Shown piece after piece: positions 59,428 through 64,000 of a stretch of 64,000 nucleotides of DNA. The stretch lies in the NCBI RefSeq assembly GCF_009914755.1, contig NC_060940.1. One strand, 5' to 3'. The first letter of the stretch is position 1. Every line of letters starts with the position of its first letter. The stretch comes from the human T2T-CHM13v2.0 reference genome, Homo sapiens. Position numbers and translations under genes: made by a program. The notes beneath the pieces were generated by a model, which did not search any database, was not told the DNA's origin, and worked only from the letters and a program-made list of their open reading frames with translations.

Positions 59428-60066
59428 CCCATATAATCAAAAAGTCAAAAAATAATAGATGTTGTCATGGATGCAGTGAAAAGGGAATGCTTTCACACTG
59501 TTGGTGGGAATGTAAACTAGTACACTATGGAAGACAGTGTAGAGATTCCTTAAAGAACTAAAAGTAGATCTACCATTTGATCCAGAAATCCCACTCCTGG
59601 GTATCTATCTAGAGGAAAAGAGGTCATTATATGAAAAAGATACTTGCACACACATGTTTATAACAGCACAATTTGCAATTGCAAAAATATGGAACTAGCC
59701 CAAATGCCCATCAATCAACGAGTGGATAAAGAAAATGTGGTATAGATATCATGGAATACTACTCAGTCATAAAAAGGAAAGCAATAATGGCATTTGCAGC
59801 CGCCTGGATGGAATTGGAGACCATTATTCTAAATGAAGAGACTCAGGAATGAAAAACCAAACATCGTATGTTCTCACTCATAAGTGGGAGCTAAGCTATG
59901 AGGACACAAAGTCATAAGGATGCTGCAATGAACTTTGAGGACTGGGGAGAAAGGGTGGGAGGTGGGTTGCGTACAGTGTATACTGCTCTGTTGATGGGTG
60001 CACCAAAATCTCAGAAATCACCTACTAAAGAACTTATTCATGTACAAAAAAATAAAAATAAAAAAA
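59428..60066 (+). mobile_element. L1PB1-like 3' end nested in L1MA
   Basis: GGGAGCTAAGCTATGAGGA and GGGTGCACCAAAATCTCAGAAATCAC; TSD GAA(G/A)TAAGCCAGG at 59415-59427 and 60067-60079. Confidence 0.9.
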
Positions 60067-61379
60067 GAAATAAGCCAGGAACAGAAAGACAAATGCCACA
60101 TGATCTCACTTATATCTGGAATCTAAGAAAGTTGAGCTAGTCCAAGTAGAGAGTAGAATAATGGTTACCAGTGGCTGCGGGGGGTGAGGGATGATGAAGG
60201 GAGGATTGGGGAGTTGTTGAAGGATACAAAGGGTAAAAAGTTTCAGATAGACAGGAAAAATAGGTTCTAAGATCTATTGCACAACAGGGTGCCACAGTCA
60301 ATAATAATGTGTATTTCAAAATGACTAAGAGAATAAATTTCAAATGTCTCACCATAAAACAGGATAGGTAGGTGAGGTGCTGAATATATTAGTTAGCTTG
60401 ATTTTGTTCTTCCACGTTGAATACATATATCAAAACATCCCATTGTAGCCCATAAACGTGTACAATTATAATTTGTCAATCAAAAACAATAATAATCAAT
60501 AAAAATAAAGTCTTTTAATTAAAAAAATCATATGATTATGATGCAGAGCAAGTTTGAGACCTGCTGCATTATTTTGTAGATGTGAAAGAGAGAAACAGAG
60601 GAAGAGAGAAAAGATAGAATGCATGGTGAGTTAGTGGCAGAGGCAGCAACAGAACTCAAGCCTCTTGACTCCTTTTCCAGTGCTCTTTCCCCCGTTTTCC
60701 ACCTTACGTTGATGGACGCTTGCAACATCCCCCCGTTTCCCCTTGTTCTGGGTAAGCAAAGAATATATCTCAGCTTTATATTTGTTTGATTTCCCTGGGA
60801 GCTAGGGAAGGAGTAAAGCTGGTCCCTACCACATATTTCTTCATTTCTAAATTTCATAGTAGGTTAAACATTGCATATATATTTCTGCTCAGCTCTGTAG
60901 ATATAAAAAGTGAATAAAAACAAACTAATTAAAAAGGAAATAAAATATGTACACACAAAATAAGACAGAACAGAAAGTAAAACAATACAGAAAAAGGGTC
61001 ATGGGAATATAGCACCATTAATTGCTTCCGAAGCCAGATTAGTGGGAAAAAAAAATCCTGGAGTTGTGGGGGGTATTCAGGTGACCTGGCAAAATTAGAA
61101 AGTTTTGCTTCAACTTTCTGAAGGGCAGTTGGCATATTATTTTACCTCCCCATATCTCAATTTCAGCAGCATTTGCAATGTGCTGTGTCCTTTTTACACT
61201 CCATGAAGTTGGTAGGAAGATGAAGGTGATACCTCTTTTTAAAGAGGGGCTCAGTAGTTCTTGTACACAGACTGTATTTCCACTACCATGAAGTTGCCTT
61301 TAGACATTATTTCACTGAATTATTGCAGTGTTCTTCCACTGTAACTGTTCACTTACCTTATATAGGAAGATCCTGATGG

Positions 61380-61475
61380 TCAAGGAAAATAAAGCACATT
61401 GCATAAGGTTGCAGCTATAGTAGGTAGCAAGCTCAGGCTTCAACTCAGATCTTTCTGACTCCAAAGCCCATGATG
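61380..61475 (-). mobile_element. MIR fragment
   Basis: CAGGCTTCAACTCAGATCTTTCTGACTCCAAAGCCCATG. Confidence 0.65.
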
Positions 61476-62259
61476 TTTTCTTTGAACTAGACTGCAAAAG
61501 AGTTTGTAACCGCAGAGGTCTTACCACTGCTCTTTGCCCATGGGCTCTAGGAGATAAATCTTCCAGAAGAGGAAAGCCAGGCTGTTCTTAGCACATCTGA
61601 AAGGGCTGTCCTGTGGGTCTATAGGAAGTTCTATATATTTCTTGAAATTTATAACAAGAACAAGGAGTGTTCCTGGAGTCCATTTGGTAATTTATTTTAG
61701 GATGTCTGGCACTGGGAGCTCACGAGATGCGTATAAAGCAGGAAGTTAGGCCTTGGACTGAATAAACAGCTGAAGATAGAAGTGGTGGATCAGCTTCAGT
61801 CAGGGCAGAGGGGACTTGGTATCAACCCAGCCAATGTAGTTCCTTTCATTTCTGTTCATTTGGATCATTATTAAATGTATTGCCTTTTCTTTTGTTTTTT
61901 TTTTTTTTTCTTTTGGTTTAGAAGAGCGATATTTATCTCATGATGGGGTTTTAAAGCAGAGTGTCAGGTCTTGGGTCTCTAAATGCCACTCCACTGTGAA
62001 CACCACAAAATACATTACCTTTTCATGTATGAGTGATAAAAGCAACACATACCAGACATCCAGACTTGAGAATGCTGGGCTAGGGAGCTACTTGTTTTCC
62101 AGTGCAATTCTTTATTTCACTTTGTAGTTATGGTAGGCCAGAACGACACTGACTCCAGAGAAGAAGTGGCCAGGTAAAGGGGACCTGGCAGCTCATTGCA
62201 GAGAAATATTAATTAATATTAATACTGCAACATGAAAGTGCAATTCATAAATTAGCATT

Positions 62260-62460
62260 GTTAGAAATGAAGGTTGGAGTCAGAATGGCCAGTGTGTAAA
62301 TTCCAGCTCTTTCATCCACTAGTTTCATCACTTTAGGGAGTTTCAGTTTCCCCAACGGTTCAATTGGAACATACTGAGGATTCACTGGGATAAGGCATGC
62401 AAAGTACTCAAATGCTAGACAGTGTGACAGTGCTCAGAAAATGTTAGTTCTCTTTCTTAT
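62260..62460 (+). mobile_element. MIR
   Basis: TGGAGTCAGA...TTCAGTTTCCC...GAGGATT...TGCTCAGAAAATGTTAG. Confidence 0.6.
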
Positions 62461-62491
62461 TTCTATTGTTCAGGGCTGATTTATATGGTAA

Positions 62492-62846
<355 letters not shown>

Positions 62847-63157
62847 TAGAATTTTAATTAGCAGGGAGATGTATGGGCTATACAGCTGAGGAGGGGATAG
62901 ATGAAATTTGTAGCCGGGTAGCATGATAAGTAGAGAGTTAAGGAGATGAGAGGGTAGAGTGAAGTGTGAGGGAGAGGACAAAGTGCAGAATATCTACTGG
63001 GGCCATCTTTTATGGGCTCTCGTATAATTTTCTTTGATGGGAATAGAAAAGCCACACTCAGAAAGATGAGAAAAAAAAAAAGGACCTGCCTTTATCCACC
63101 CTACCTGTATTGAGTAGTTTCAGCTATTTAACCGTCATTCCTCTCTCTCCATTTTAC

Positions 63158-63158
<1 letters not shown>

Positions 63159-63206
<48 letters not shown>
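63159..63206. repeat. (TATC)12 tetranucleotide STR in an Alu tail
   Basis: 12 perfect units counted. Confidence 0.95.
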
Positions 63207-63591
<385 letters not shown>

Positions 63592-64000
63592 TGACTTTTC
63601 TCTGGTTTGCCATTGTTCTCTCTCCTGGATGTGGTTCAGTCCTATCTTCTCCAGCTGCCTTGTGTAACCCCCCAAATGAAGCAGCCCTGGTTTCTGAAAC
63701 CAACCAAGCCTTGACTGGCTTGACTGGGATCTGTTGATGAAATTAAGTCAGCACCTTATAGAGGTGAAACTAAAAAACTTCGTTTTTTTCAGCCAAGGAA
63801 TTTTGAAATGGTCATGGAGCTTTACAGTCAAAACAAATTTTAAGGACCTCAGCTTGTTTCCAGCAGTAATACGTTTGAAAAGGCTTATTAAATTACAAAT
63901 TTGTTTTCGCCTCTTTATCCAAGTATCAATGCAGAAGAGAAACAACCTAATGTAGAGAAAATAAAATGAAATAATTACAAAGTTGCCGAATGTGAAACGA

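Larger units (their letters stand above)
49965..60510 (+). mobile_element. Old L1M/L1MA element 2: GC-rich 5'UTR, ORF1, ORF2 and 3'UTR; host to AluJ, the L1PA nest and L1PB1
   Basis: Colinear decayed ORF1/ORF2 ([31 protein letters not shown]) and an L1MA 3'UTR with A-rich end. Confidence 0.82.

Noticed and set aside
62169-62220. Short hairpin GCCAGGT/ACCTGGC and palindrome AATATTAATTAATATT
   Set aside because: A 7-bp stem and an AT-only palindrome are expected by chance in 64 kb.

Overview
Primate, very probably human, non-coding DNA (intronic or intergenic) dominated by transposable elements. The human call is an inference from an L1 fragment carrying the human-specific pre-Ta diagnostics ACG and G. 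I found no host protein-coding exon, RNA gene or CRISPR array, and the longer ORFs trace to L1, Alu or LTR sequence. The window holds about a dozen Alu/FLAM copies, MIR and L2 relics, MER2/MER1A/MER5 DNA transposons, MaLR and ERV1/ERVL LTRs (including nested LTRs and a MER67 proviral 3' end), and a ~20 kb L1 pile-up at 40.3-60.5 kb. I see no evidence of a new biological system. The notable content is retrotransposition mechanism readable from junctions: (1) a four-level L1 nest ending in a pre-Ta L1HS whose 5' end is fused seamlessly to the homologous position of its host L1; (2) a TSD-flanked L1 5' fragment with no 3' end or poly(A); (3) two L1s inserted one after the other at the same site, leaving three TSD copies and a chimeric 265-aa ORF; (4) a full-length L1PA2/3 with a possible 16-nt 3' transduction, the ZNF93-escape deletion and an open ORF0; (5) small template-switch palindromes. 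Subfamily names come from recalled consensus sequences and need RepeatMasker/Dfam confirmation. Boundaries of old repeats are approximate.
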